A stretch of DNA of 64,000 bases, from the IMG/VR virus record IMGVR_UViG_3300017605_001304, positions 64,001 through 128,000 of that record, one strand, 5' to 3'. The notes below the pieces were generated by a model that had not been told where the DNA came from, did not search any database, and saw nothing but the letters and a program-made list of their open reading frames with translations. This DNA comes from a virus. Shown piece by piece: positions 17,912-26,149 of the stretch; position 1 is the stretch's first letter; every line of letters starts with the position of its first letter. The translations under genes were made by a program, and so were the position numbers.

Positions 17912-18253
17912 TTAGGAGGGGTCTTGAACCTTGACGTACTTCGCTTGCATCAGGCGCACGCGCGCCTGCAGCAGCGGCAAAGTGAAGGAGTCGCCCGGAG
18001 CTTGCGGGAACGTCACGTCCTGGAACGTGACGAGGTTGTTGCCGAGCGTGGTCACCTTGATCGGGCGATGCTCCGTGGTGTCGGCGTAGATCTCACCGGC
18101 GCGGAACATGATCGACGGATGCGTCTGCACGGCGATCGGTGCATTGCTCTGTCCGGGCGGGGCAAAGAGCACGATGTACGCGGTGCAGCCGAGCGCGAGC
18201 GTGACTTCAGGAGCTCCGCCCAGGTCCTGCTGAAAGAGAAGTGGCAGTGACAT
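17912..18253 (-). CDS. Hypothetical protein
   Basis: In-operon ORF. Confidence 0.6.
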   Translation of the reverse strand: MSLPLLFQQDLGGAPEVTLALGCTAYIVLFAPPGQSNAPIAVQTHPSIMFRAGEIYADTTEHRPIKVTTLGNNLVTFQDVTFPQAPGDSFTLPLLQARVRLMQAKYVKVQDPS

Positions 18254-18256
18254 GGG

Positions 18257-18988
18257 TTAAGGCACCTTGATGACAAGGTCGGCAGGCGGAACCAGCGGAT
18301 CCTCGGGAGGATCTTCCGTCTCGTAGAACTTGACCTCGGTCAGCGTCTGGAGGACCGTCGGCGTCGGCTTCGCCGCGCTCAGGACCCAGCCGTGCAGCAC
18401 CATGGTGGCGCTCAGGCGCAGGACCCGGTCCTCTTCGTCCGGTTCGAGCTGCGAGTTGTCGGTGATCTCGCGCAGGTCGAAGGTGACGATCTTCTCGCCC
18501 CATGGCAGCCACACCGGCGAGAAGTCGACCATGAGCCGCCCGAGCGGCGTCGACTCCGTCTGCACGAAGAGCCCGAAGGCGTTCATCGTGTCGCGGTTCT
18601 TCGCCCAGAAGTCGATCTGGTAGGTCATGTCCCACGGCAACGGGTAGGGCGCGTTGTAGGAGACCTTCTGGTCGGCCGAGTAGACGCGGCCGCGGTACGT
18701 GCGGGACTGCGGCAGGAAGCGCTCCTGGTCGAGCGCGTGGCCAACGCGTGCGATGCTCGCCACGGGGTACGGCATCAGGCGGACCTTCTCGGACCGGTCG
18801 CCGTACTTCTTCTTCAGCAGGTCCTTCAGGGTCGCGAAGGCGCGGTCCGGCGTCGCGAACACGCAGTTGAAGGTCGGAGTGCCGAGCGTCTCGCCTGCCC
18901 GTAGGACCCAGGCCCGGACCGCCTGATCGTAGAGACGGAACTGGTCCGTCGCCGACGGCATCGTCGGGTTGCCAGGGACGGTGGACAT
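18257..18988 (-). CDS. Tail terminator / sheath stabiliser (gp15-like)
   Basis: VFATPDR, PLPWDMTYQIDFWAK, TDNSQLE, DRVLR; upstream of the sheath gene. Confidence 0.7.
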   Translation of the reverse strand: MSTVPGNPTMPSATDQFRLYDQAVRAWVLRAGETLGTPTFNCVFATPDRAFATLKDLLKKKYGDRSEKVRLMPYPVASIARVGHALDQERFLPQSRTYRGRVYSADQKVSYNAPYPLPWDMTYQIDFWAKNRDTMNAFGLFVQTESTPLGRLMVDFSPVWLPWGEKIVTFDLREITDNSQLEPDEEDRVLRLSATMVLHGWVLSAAKPTPTVLQTLTEVKFYETEDPPEDPLVPPADLVIKVP

Positions 18989-18995
18989 GAGCACC

Positions 18996-19676
18996 TCACT
19001 CAAGTTCGACCCGGCGGAATTGCCAGCTCGCCACGCGCGACGGAACGATGACGCCACGAGGCGCAGACAGCCTCGACAGGTCGAGCTGGTCCGCCCACCA
19101 GACGCCGTCGAGTGAGGTGGCGTCCTCCACGTACACGGTCGTCAAGCAGTCAAATACGATGGTCGGATGAGCGGCTCCAAGCACGCGCTGCTGGAGTTTC
19201 TTCGTGGCGAGGACAGCACGCCGGGGGTCTTCAATCTTGGTGACCCGGCTAAACTTCTCGTCGGCATGTGCATCTGCGCGGGCCTCGTCTTCTGAGGCAT
19301 AGTCCGCACACAGCTCATCGTCCCATTCATCGTCATACCAACAGATTCGCCAGACCGAGCCGCGGACGATGTAGCCATGTTCAAGCCCCCACCCGACAAT
19401 CTCTTCACGCAGCCCGGGCACGATGTTGTGAAAATTGAGAAAGCGATTCCCCGCCCGCGTACACTCCCACACGGGGACAGCGCCCAAGGTCGCGATGTCG
19501 ATCCATTCCCGTGGATGCTGTGAAACCGAGAGTCCCGCGCCCTCCAGGCTTCCAGCCCGCTTGTCTTTCGCGTCGAGCGTTCCCGCGTGCCAGAGCTTCC
19601 GGAATGACTTCGTCGGGAGGTTGCGCTGCACTTCCAGGAATAGGCCACTAGCGATCGTGCGAGCTGACGGCCGCAT
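18996..19676 (-). CDS. Divergent ADP-ribosyltransferase-like protein with N-terminal tag
   Basis: LWHAGT...EGAGLSVS...DGVWW; N-terminus MRPSARTIASGLFLE. Confidence 0.5.
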   Translation of the reverse strand: MRPSARTIASGLFLEVQRNLPTKSFRKLWHAGTLDAKDKRAGSLEGAGLSVSQHPREWIDIATLGAVPVWECTRAGNRFLNFHNIVPGLREEIVGWGLEHGYIVRGSVWRICWYDDEWDDELCADYASEDEARADAHADEKFSRVTKIEDPRRAVLATKKLQQRVLGAAHPTIVFDCLTTVYVEDATSLDGVWWADQLDLSRLSAPRGVIVPSRVASWQFRRVELE

Positions 19677-19683
19677 GGACGCC

Positions 19684-20847
19684 TCACTCAAGGGTGGCGC
19701 GCATCTCCTGGAAGACCTCCACGAGCGCGGCGAGATTCGGATCGAGCTGCTCGGTCTTGTTGGCCGTGAGCGCGACGAGGGCCGGGCTCATGCGCAACAC
19801 CCACTCGCGGATCGCGTCCTCGGCCTTCACGTTCGGGCAGTGACACTTGGACGGGTCACTGCACTTGCCGCACTTGCGCTTCTTCGTGCGGTGGTTCGAA
19901 GCCGGGACCTGCCCGAGGGGAGGAGTGACGCCGGCCCCGACGTTGAGCGTGCCGGTCAGCTCGTTCAGGTAGTTGGTCGGCGACTGCCCGATGCCTTGCA
20001 TCAGGGCAGAGACGATGTCTTTCGAATTCATTGGCACAGACTCCCCGAAGATCTGCCGGCGGTACTGCGCCGCATTGTTTATCACCCAGTGTACAACGTG
20101 CTCGAATGAGCCCCGGTAGAGGCAGTCCCGGCCACCGGGAATCTTGGAGAGGACGCACCACACATCCCAGCCGTCGGATTGAAGCACCGCGATCGAGCTC
20201 GGAGGGATCTTGTTACCGAGGAAGATGTACTGGTTCTCGTTATCCCCGTAGTGATAAATCGGCACCGAGGCCGCCTGGAACAGTACGGCGTGCTTACCGT
20301 AGCTATCGTAAGCGCGCTCGGCCGCGCGTGCATCGAGCGCATTCACGGCGAAGTTGTAACCGCCATACCGCTTGGCCTCGTCCGATAGCCAGCTCGTGAG
20401 TCCTAGTCGCTGGTAGTCGTGGTACCCGCGGGTGAAGCCGTCCGCGCCGATTTCTTGCGGGGAGTCCGTGAAGTGGGCCAGCCACGTCTGACGGTGCGTG
20501 ATCGAGCCGCGGAGATCTGCGTGCGCGTAGGTGGGAAGATCTGCGTGATTCTCGACCGCGCTGTCTAGAAAGGCGTCCCACTCTTCTCGATGGTCGATGA
20601 ACCAGTCGTTGAGGCGTGCGACGACGGCCCAGTCTGCGTCAGAGTCCGGAACGTCGGAGGCCCACGTAGCCTTGATCTGCTTCGGCTTGATCCCAGCCGC
20701 GAGAGCGATCTCCTTGCTCTTTGGCCAGTGAGTGAACTCGTACCAATACTGAGCCACGTCCGGGGGCCGCAGGTCCATGTACGAGTGGAGCGCGCTCAGC
20801 TCGCTGCCGTAGACCTCGTCTTTCCGCTTGAGGTCCTTCGAGTTCAT
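19684..20847 (-). CDS. Multi-module protein with ART-like domain and C-terminal Cys knuckle
   Basis: WLAHFT...IGADGF...GYNFA...YG...GDNENQYIF; CGKC...CHC; ATGA overlap with the upstream gene. Confidence 0.55.
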   Translation of the reverse strand: MNSKDLKRKDEVYGSELSALHSYMDLRPPDVAQYWYEFTHWPKSKEIALAAGIKPKQIKATWASDVPDSDADWAVVARLNDWFIDHREEWDAFLDSAVENHADLPTYAHADLRGSITHRQTWLAHFTDSPQEIGADGFTRGYHDYQRLGLTSWLSDEAKRYGGYNFAVNALDARAAERAYDSYGKHAVLFQAASVPIYHYGDNENQYIFLGNKIPPSSIAVLQSDGWDVWCVLSKIPGGRDCLYRGSFEHVVHWVINNAAQYRRQIFGESVPMNSKDIVSALMQGIGQSPTNYLNELTGTLNVGAGVTPPLGQVPASNHRTKKRKCGKCSDPSKCHCPNVKAEDAIREWVLRMSPALVALTANKTEQLDPNLAALVEVFQEMRATLE

Positions 20848-22229
20848 GAGGCATGCTCTCCCGGATCCCCGTAGGGCAGGACCGACGCGAACCCGAACCC
20901 GAGCGGGCCGATCAAGAACATGGATCCGTCTTCCATGGCTTGCCACTTCATGCGGGGGATGATCTTGGCGAACTCTGGATCTTTGCGGGCCAAGCGCTCT
21001 AGACGGCGGAGTGCTTCCGCCTGAGCCTCTTCTCGCGTTCCACGCACCGCGACCTCGGCGAAGCCGGCCGGCTGCGGCACCTTCCCAAGCGGGGACGGAA
21101 GAAGACCATTCGGGAACTTCACACGCCAATACTCCCGGCCCGGCAGCTCGGTCGGCATGTTGGGCTTGAAGATCGGCTCTCCGACGGTCTTGTCGTCGAC
21201 CCAGCCGTCGGGGGTCCAACCGTCTTTGAAGAGCCGCGTCGCCATGGAGCGCGTGGATTCCTTCTTGTGCTTCTTCACGTCGTCTCCTCGCACGCGCGGT
21301 GTGTCGAAGGGGAAGCCCGGCGCGTCGACGTCCCTTGGGGTGAGCTGCGTGACCTTGGCGATCTTCTCCGTGTTGAAGACGACCACCCAGTCCTCGTTGC
21401 TCTGCCTCACGTACGCCACGTCGACGCCGTGGTCGACCAGGAACTTCGCGAGCGCCGGACCGGCCTGTCCAGACGCCTGATCCGAGTTCACGAAGACGTT
21501 GACGAGGTACTCGGCAGGGAACGGGTTCCCGGAGCGGGCCGCCAGCCGGCGCAGCGAGTCTGCGAGCTCCTGGCGCTGCCGAAGACGTGGGACGTCGCGC
21601 AGCCACGCGAGCGTCTCTTCGAGATCGAGGCGAGCGTCCTGCAGCCAGCGCAGGTCCGGAGCCAGGACGACCCGCTGCACGGCACCGCCGCCCTTCGCGT
21701 AGCCCTTGGCGGTCGTCCAGCTCGTGGTGAGGTAGATGCCGGGTCCGTGCTCCGCGGCGCCGCGTCGTGCACCACGGATCTCGGGCGGGCCGAACCACCG
21801 ATGCGAGCCGTGATACAGAACGAGCGGGTCCGTCATGGACGACTCTCGCTGACGCTGGATAGGTATTACCTCGTAATAGCGAGGAGAAGAAATGTCACTC
21901 TGCTCGCGGACATACGAGATAGCGATCTCGTCGACACGTGGGAACGTAAGGAGCACATAGTCTAGTACGCGCGTACGAAGTCGCGGGGCAGACATGAAGC
22001 GATTCGAACAAGCCTGCCGAATCCAGCCGCGCTTGAACATGCTCAGCCAAAGCTGGTCTTCCGCCGCCTCAGTGTTGTTCGTGAACTCCACCTGAGATGG
22101 AATCTGCACGCCGGTGGCGCGCAGTACGCCTTCGTGTGCATGGACCCAGTCATTGTGCGAAGTGTCCGGGTCGGTAATTGGGAACACGCAGCCATCCGGG
22201 GCGATCCAGGCGCGTCCAGCGTAGGCCAC
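20844..22229 (-). CDS. Three-module protein: WxxPDG domain + H-Y-type ART (ART-PolyVal-like) + C-terminal domain
   Basis: AWIAPDG...HNDW...GWIRQ; LYHGS...GPGIYLT...AKGYA...VVVFN; internal KESTRSMATRLF; GTG start with AAGGAG SD. Confidence 0.7.
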   Translation of the reverse strand: MAYAGRAWIAPDGCVFPITDPDTSHNDWVHAHEGVLRATGVQIPSQVEFTNNTEAAEDQLWLSMFKRGWIRQACSNRFMSAPRLRTRVLDYVLLTFPRVDEIAISYVREQSDISSPRYYEVIPIQRQRESSMTDPLVLYHGSHRWFGPPEIRGARRGAAEHGPGIYLTTSWTTAKGYAKGGGAVQRVVLAPDLRWLQDARLDLEETLAWLRDVPRLRQRQELADSLRRLAARSGNPFPAEYLVNVFVNSDQASGQAGPALAKFLVDHGVDVAYVRQSNEDWVVVFNTEKIAKVTQLTPRDVDAPGFPFDTPRVRGDDVKKHKKESTRSMATRLFKDGWTPDGWVDDKTVGEPIFKPNMPTELPGREYWRVKFPNGLLPSPLGKVPQPAGFAEVAVRGTREEAQAEALRRLERLARKDPEFAKIIPRMKWQAMEDGSMFLIGPLGFGFASVLPYGDPGEHAS

Positions 22230-22239
22230 AGGCAGCTCC

Positions 22240-22776
22240 TTAACCGAGCGTGCAGTCGATCGGCTGGAAGTCGGCGTAGATCTCGCGCGCCTTGTCCAGC
22301 GACCACCCATAATTACTCAGGTAGTTCACGAACGCGCCGAGGTCCAGGAACTTGAAGCCCGTCACGGAGTGGCAGAGGTTCTGGTAGAGGACGTTCAGTC
22401 GCACGACCTGCAGGTAGGCGCGCGCCACGACGCGGCCGAACTCGTTGGGCCGCAGCGGGCTCACGATGATGCGCGGGCCGTAGACCTTGGTCCAGTCGAT
22501 CTCTTCGGGCGGCAGGAGCGCCTGCGGGCCCCAGAGGGCGAGGGCCAAGCACTGGCTCGCGCGGTTGAACTTCTCGACGGCGTCCTTGTCGGGCTTGCCC
22601 TGCGCCTTCGGGCGGGTGTCCGGGAGGTCGACGCCGACGAGCTGGATGCGGGCCGCGCGGTACGTCCACAGGCCCTGGTCGATCATCCCGAAGAACGTCT
22701 TGCCGTCGACGACGAACTGCCGGCTCTTCGGGAAGAGCTGGACCTGACAGGCATAGTTGAACAGGATCCGATTCAA
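22240..22776 (-). CDS. Thermonuclease (SNase)-like protein with degenerate active site
   Basis: VVDGKT...ID.G...RIQLVGVDLPD...NEFGRVVA versus SNase DGDT/RL..VDTPE/DKYGR. Confidence 0.65.
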   Translation of the reverse strand: MNRILFNYACQVQLFPKSRQFVVDGKTFFGMIDQGLWTYRAARIQLVGVDLPDTRPKAQGKPDKDAVEKFNRASQCLALALWGPQALLPPEEIDWTKVYGPRIIVSPLRPNEFGRVVARAYLQVVRLNVLYQNLCHSVTGFKFLDLGAFVNYLSNYGWSLDKAREIYADFQPIDCTLG

Positions 22777-22801
22777 GAAGACCTCCCGTGACGTCGACGC
22801 C

Positions 22802-23311
22802 TCACTGACGAAGCGCTGCGGTCACGTGCTTGTTGACGATTTCGGTCGCGTACTTCTCGTACTGCCGAGCGCGGCGCGCGATGAGCGTCGCTGCGACTCG
22901 CCAGTGAGGATGCGGGGGAAGCCGGACGCTCTGCCCGCCGATGACCGCCGCCCCGCCGTACTCCAGGAGCTTGCTCACGTAGGGCAGGGACCAACCGAGC
23001 GCGCTCATGCGGTCCTCGGTGGCGATCGTGACGGTGGTGATCTCCTTCCCGCGGTGGACATCGGGCAGGATGCCGCGCACGTAGTCGAAGATCGCCTCGC
23101 GCCACGCCTTGTCCGAGAGGTAGTCGGTCTCTTCCAGGCTGCGGTCCGCGGCGCGGGCGGCCTTGGACTGGATGGTCACGAGGCTGTCGCGTGTGACCTT
23201 GTCCGCGAGCTGCTGGAGCGACTCCTCACAGCCTTTCCGGAGACCTGCCTCGACCCTGCGCAGCCACTCCTCGGGCCGTAGCCCTTCCATATTGACGGTG
23301 GCCTTGATCAA
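22802..23311 (-). CDS. Putative neck / tail-completion protein
   Basis: LLEYGG...LPPHPHWR motif; located between gp14-like and gp15-like genes; TTG start after GGAG. Confidence 0.55.
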   Translation of the reverse strand: MIKATVNMEGLRPEEWLRRVEAGLRKGCEESLQQLADKVTRDSLVTIQSKAARAADRSLEETDYLSDKAWREAIFDYVRGILPDVHRGKEITTVTIATEDRMSALGWSLPYVSKLLEYGGAAVIGGQSVRLPPHPHWRVAATLIARRARQYEKYATEIVNKHVTAALRQ

Positions 23312-23319
23312 GGTATCGT
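23292..23319 (+). promoter_or_regulatory. Sigma70-like promoter
   Basis: TTGACG-N16-TATCGT with the same spacing and AGG-TAT junction as 2577 and 52082; spacer palindrome CCTTGATCAAGG. Confidence 0.55.
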
Positions 23320-23343
23320 CTCCACACCTTGGAGGAGGTGAAC

Positions 23344-23766
23344 ATGGCCACGCTGGACGAGCTGCAGAAGGGGTCCGAAGAGTGCTCGGCACGGATGCGA
23401 GCGGTGCTACAGGACGAGCTCAAGCGCACGGGCTTTCCACTGCGCCTATGCACCTACTACGTGGTCGGCATGACCGGCGCGTGGATCTTCCGGCTGCTCT
23501 TCAAGTTCGACCTGTTTGAGAACTTCAAGAGCTTGGCGCTCATCCTGCTGTGTCCGCCTCTGCTGACCGCGACGCAGGCTTTCCTGTTGAGCTTCATGCT
23601 CAAGCGGGCATACCAGCGGGCGCAGGATGCGCTCGGCATCGCGGACAAGGCGGAGAAGGCGCTGTTCGAGGCGACGCGAGGACTGCTCGCTCAGCGTGAG
23701 CAGCTCAAGTTCCTGGTCGAGAGGCTGCGCGATCGCGACGAAGGCGAGGAGTGGAAGGACGCTTAA
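23344..23766 (+). CDS. Membrane protein (2 hydrophobic segments plus coiled coil)
   Basis: GGAGGAGG SD; own promoter. Confidence 0.65.
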   Translation: MATLDELQKGSEECSARMRAVLQDELKRTGFPLRLCTYYVVGMTGAWIFRLLFKFDLFENFKSLALILLCPPLLTATQAFLLSFMLKRAYQRAQDALGIADKAEKALFEATRGLLAQREQLKFLVERLRDRDEGEEWKDA

Positions 23767-24257
23767 CGGCCGTGGCGGTACCGGTCGCAGGCGCACACGA
23801 TGTGGAACGGGAAGTTGGACGATCCCCAGTATCCGTCCTTGCTGCGCGTCTGCGTCTTGATCTCATAGAGGTCCGAATCGAAGCGCACGATCGAGCCGAC
23901 CAGGAACGTCGTGCTCGGCTGCAGGATCTTCTGGTCGAGCAGCAGCACGGTCGAGAACGTCACGAGCAGCGTCCGCTCCTCATCCATGCCGTACTTCTGC
24001 AGGCGGTACTTGCTCGGGCTGTGGTCGATGTGGGCGTGGACCATGATCGGGTGGTCCCAATCCGGGTCGGACGCCTCGTTGTAGAGCGAGTCGACGTTCG
24101 TGTTGCCCCGGTTGAGCAGGATCAACGCGATCTGCGGGTGGTGGCGGATGAACGCCTCGCGCTGGAAGTTCGCCTGGATCTTGTAGTCCGACGTCTCCAG
24201 CAGCTTGAGCAGGAGCTCATTCGCGTCCTTGCCGTCGATCGGCAGCAGGTCGGACAT
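23763..24257 (-). CDS. Neck / head-closure protein (gp14-like)
   Basis: NVDSLYNE, KYGMDE...VTFS, VGSIVRF...YEI; position. Confidence 0.7.
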   Translation of the reverse strand: MSDLLPIDGKDANELLLKLLETSDYKIQANFQREAFIRHHPQIALILLNRGNTNVDSLYNEASDPDWDHPIMVHAHIDHSPSKYRLQKYGMDEERTLLVTFSTVLLLDQKILQPSTTFLVGSIVRFDSDLYEIKTQTRSKDGYWGSSNFPFHIVCACDRYRHGR

Positions 24258-24966
24258 GGAGGTCCTCCAAGAACAGACGAGCGGCGAGGAAGCGGGTGGC
24301 CTCGTTCACGTGCAATTCGTACGGCCGCTCGGGACGCCCCTCATCGCTGTACGGGTCGACGTAGAACGACGACTTGCCGGGGTAGTTCGTGATGAAGTAG
24401 TCCTTCGCGCGGGACAGATCCTTGCGGCGAAGCTCGTACATGTTCCAGTCCGCCTTGCGGATCCAGCCGTGCATGCACATGTGGCGCATGATGACGTCGC
24501 CCGGGGTCAGTGGCGGCGTCTGATAGGCAGCTAAGAGTTCAGGGTGAACTCGGGCCCACGAGTCGTGAGACTGCCGGTCAGAGTCGAGCGGGTAGAACGT
24601 GTCGTCGGGAGCAATCCAACCTGCCCGAACATTGCGCGACTCGTGCAGGCGCACGGTCACCGGTTCCACTCGATGTGGAACGCGGCCGTGAAGGTCGAGA
24701 TTTGCTGCCTCGACTCCTGGATACTTCATGCGGATGTAATCGAGCAAGAGAGGCTCATACTTCACGTTCAACTCGTAGTCCTTCTTGCCAGCCTGCCGGA
24801 TCCAGCCCTTCGCGTACAACTGCGTAATGACCGCATCCGTGAAGTCAGGATCGTACGGGTCGTCCATGCCGAGCAGCTCGGCCGCGAACTGATCGTGCAT
24901 GTCGAAACGCGGCTCCAGAGGATGGAAGTTCATGTCCGGGTCGAGCCAGCCAATGTGGTCGGACAT
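24217..24966 (-). CDS. Protein with two tandem WxxPD domains and C-terminal tag
   Basis: GWLDPD...HDQF...GWIRQ; HES linker; GWIAPD...HDSW...GWIRK; EATRFLAARLFLE. Confidence 0.7.
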   Translation of the reverse strand: MSDHIGWLDPDMNFHPLEPRFDMHDQFAAELLGMDDPYDPDFTDAVITQLYAKGWIRQAGKKDYELNVKYEPLLLDYIRMKYPGVEAANLDLHGRVPHRVEPVTVRLHESRNVRAGWIAPDDTFYPLDSDRQSHDSWARVHPELLAAYQTPPLTPGDVIMRHMCMHGWIRKADWNMYELRRKDLSRAKDYFITNYPGKSSFYVDPYSDEGRPERPYELHVNEATRFLAARLFLEDLHVRPAADRRQGRE

Positions 24967-25787
24967 CACTGGCCCTCCAGGAACAGACGCTTCGCGATAG
25001 CCTTGGTGGACTCTAGCTGCACGACCACTGACTTGATGCGGCCGCGCCAATCTCTGAGATCAATCTCGATCGCGCGTACTTGAGGATACTTACGCCGGAC
25101 ATAGTCCACGACGGACTGTTCAAACAAAGCGTAGCACTCGTACTGGTCGCGACTCACTTGACGGATCCAGCCGTCGTCAAACATCGCTTGAATCTTCCTG
25201 TCGACCCAGTCATCGTCGTCCGAGTCGTGCGCCTCACTGTCGGCAACCCACCCGGCGTGTCCTTGCGGAGCGGCGTGAAACTGTCCGTTCGGGTCGATCC
25301 ACCCTTGCACCAGCGATGGCGCGGCTTCAAGCCAGCTCGACGGGAGCTTGAGCTGCTGGACGGCGCCAGATCGAATCGACGACGTCAACACGATCCACTC
25401 CTGCTCTTCGAGCGAGTCCTCGCTGGAGAGGTAGCGGCTGATCGGCAGCCCGATCGCTGTGCCTTTACGAAGGCGATACAGCTTGCCGGACTTCCAGTGC
25501 TTTTGCGCGAACGTCACCGCCGTAGTGACGTTGCTGCTCCAGGACTGGAACACGCGAGTCGACTCAGACGCGGGATCTACCTCTGCACCACGGTAGAGCG
25601 CAGGAACTGGTTGGCCGTTCTCTTTCAGGTCCTGCAGCAGTGCCCGGGCCTCGGCCCGCAGCTTCCGGCCAGACGCACTCGAAGGTTCTGGGGCCCCGGC
25701 GAGCTCGTCCTTGGCGTGCAGCTCGACGGTACCCATGTCGCTGCTGACCCACCGCCAGACGGCCCGTACCGCTTGAGGGTCGATCAT
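24966..25787 (-). CDS. R-S-E-type ADP-ribosyltransferase + WxxPxG domain + C-terminal tag
   Basis: LYRG...FQSWSS...EEQEWIV (R/SxS/ExE); GWIDPNG...HAGW...GWIRQ; ESTKAIAKRLFLE. Confidence 0.75.
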   Translation of the reverse strand: MIDPQAVRAVWRWVSSDMGTVELHAKDELAGAPEPSSASGRKLRAEARALLQDLKENGQPVPALYRGAEVDPASESTRVFQSWSSNVTTAVTFAQKHWKSGKLYRLRKGTAIGLPISRYLSSEDSLEEQEWIVLTSSIRSGAVQQLKLPSSWLEAAPSLVQGWIDPNGQFHAAPQGHAGWVADSEAHDSDDDDWVDRKIQAMFDDGWIRQVSRDQYECYALFEQSVVDYVRRKYPQVRAIEIDLRDWRGRIKSVVVQLESTKAIAKRLFLEGQ

Positions 25788-26146
25788 CCCAACCCCTCCA
25801 AGAACAGACGCTTGGCGATGGCCCGTGTAGACTCGTCCATGTTGATGACGAGTGTTTTCGGAGGGCCAAGAAAGTCAACTACATCGATATTAATTCGATG
25901 CACATTGGGGTGTACTCGACGTACGTAATCAATGACCCACTGCTCATACGCCGCGGTACACTCATAATCGTACAGTCCCGCTTGGCGCACCCACCCAGCC
26001 TTTAGCATCCGAACCGTCTCAGCGTTAACCCAAACCAGAATCTGATCGTTGTCCGGGGCTCCTGGCCTGTTGTCTATCACCCACTCGTCGTGGCCATTCA
26101 GTACGCGGTGGAACTCGCCGTCAGGATCAATCCAGCCCTGTGCCAC
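25784..26146 (-). CDS. Single WxxPDG-domain protein with C-terminal tag
   Basis: GWIDPDG...HDEW...GWVRQ; ESTRAIAKRLFLE. Confidence 0.7.
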   Translation of the reverse strand: MAQGWIDPDGEFHRVLNGHDEWVIDNRPGAPDNDQILVWVNAETVRMLKAGWVRQAGLYDYECTAAYEQWVIDYVRRVHPNVHRINIDVVDFLGPPKTLVINMDESTRAIAKRLFLEGLG

Positions 26147-26149
26147 GGC

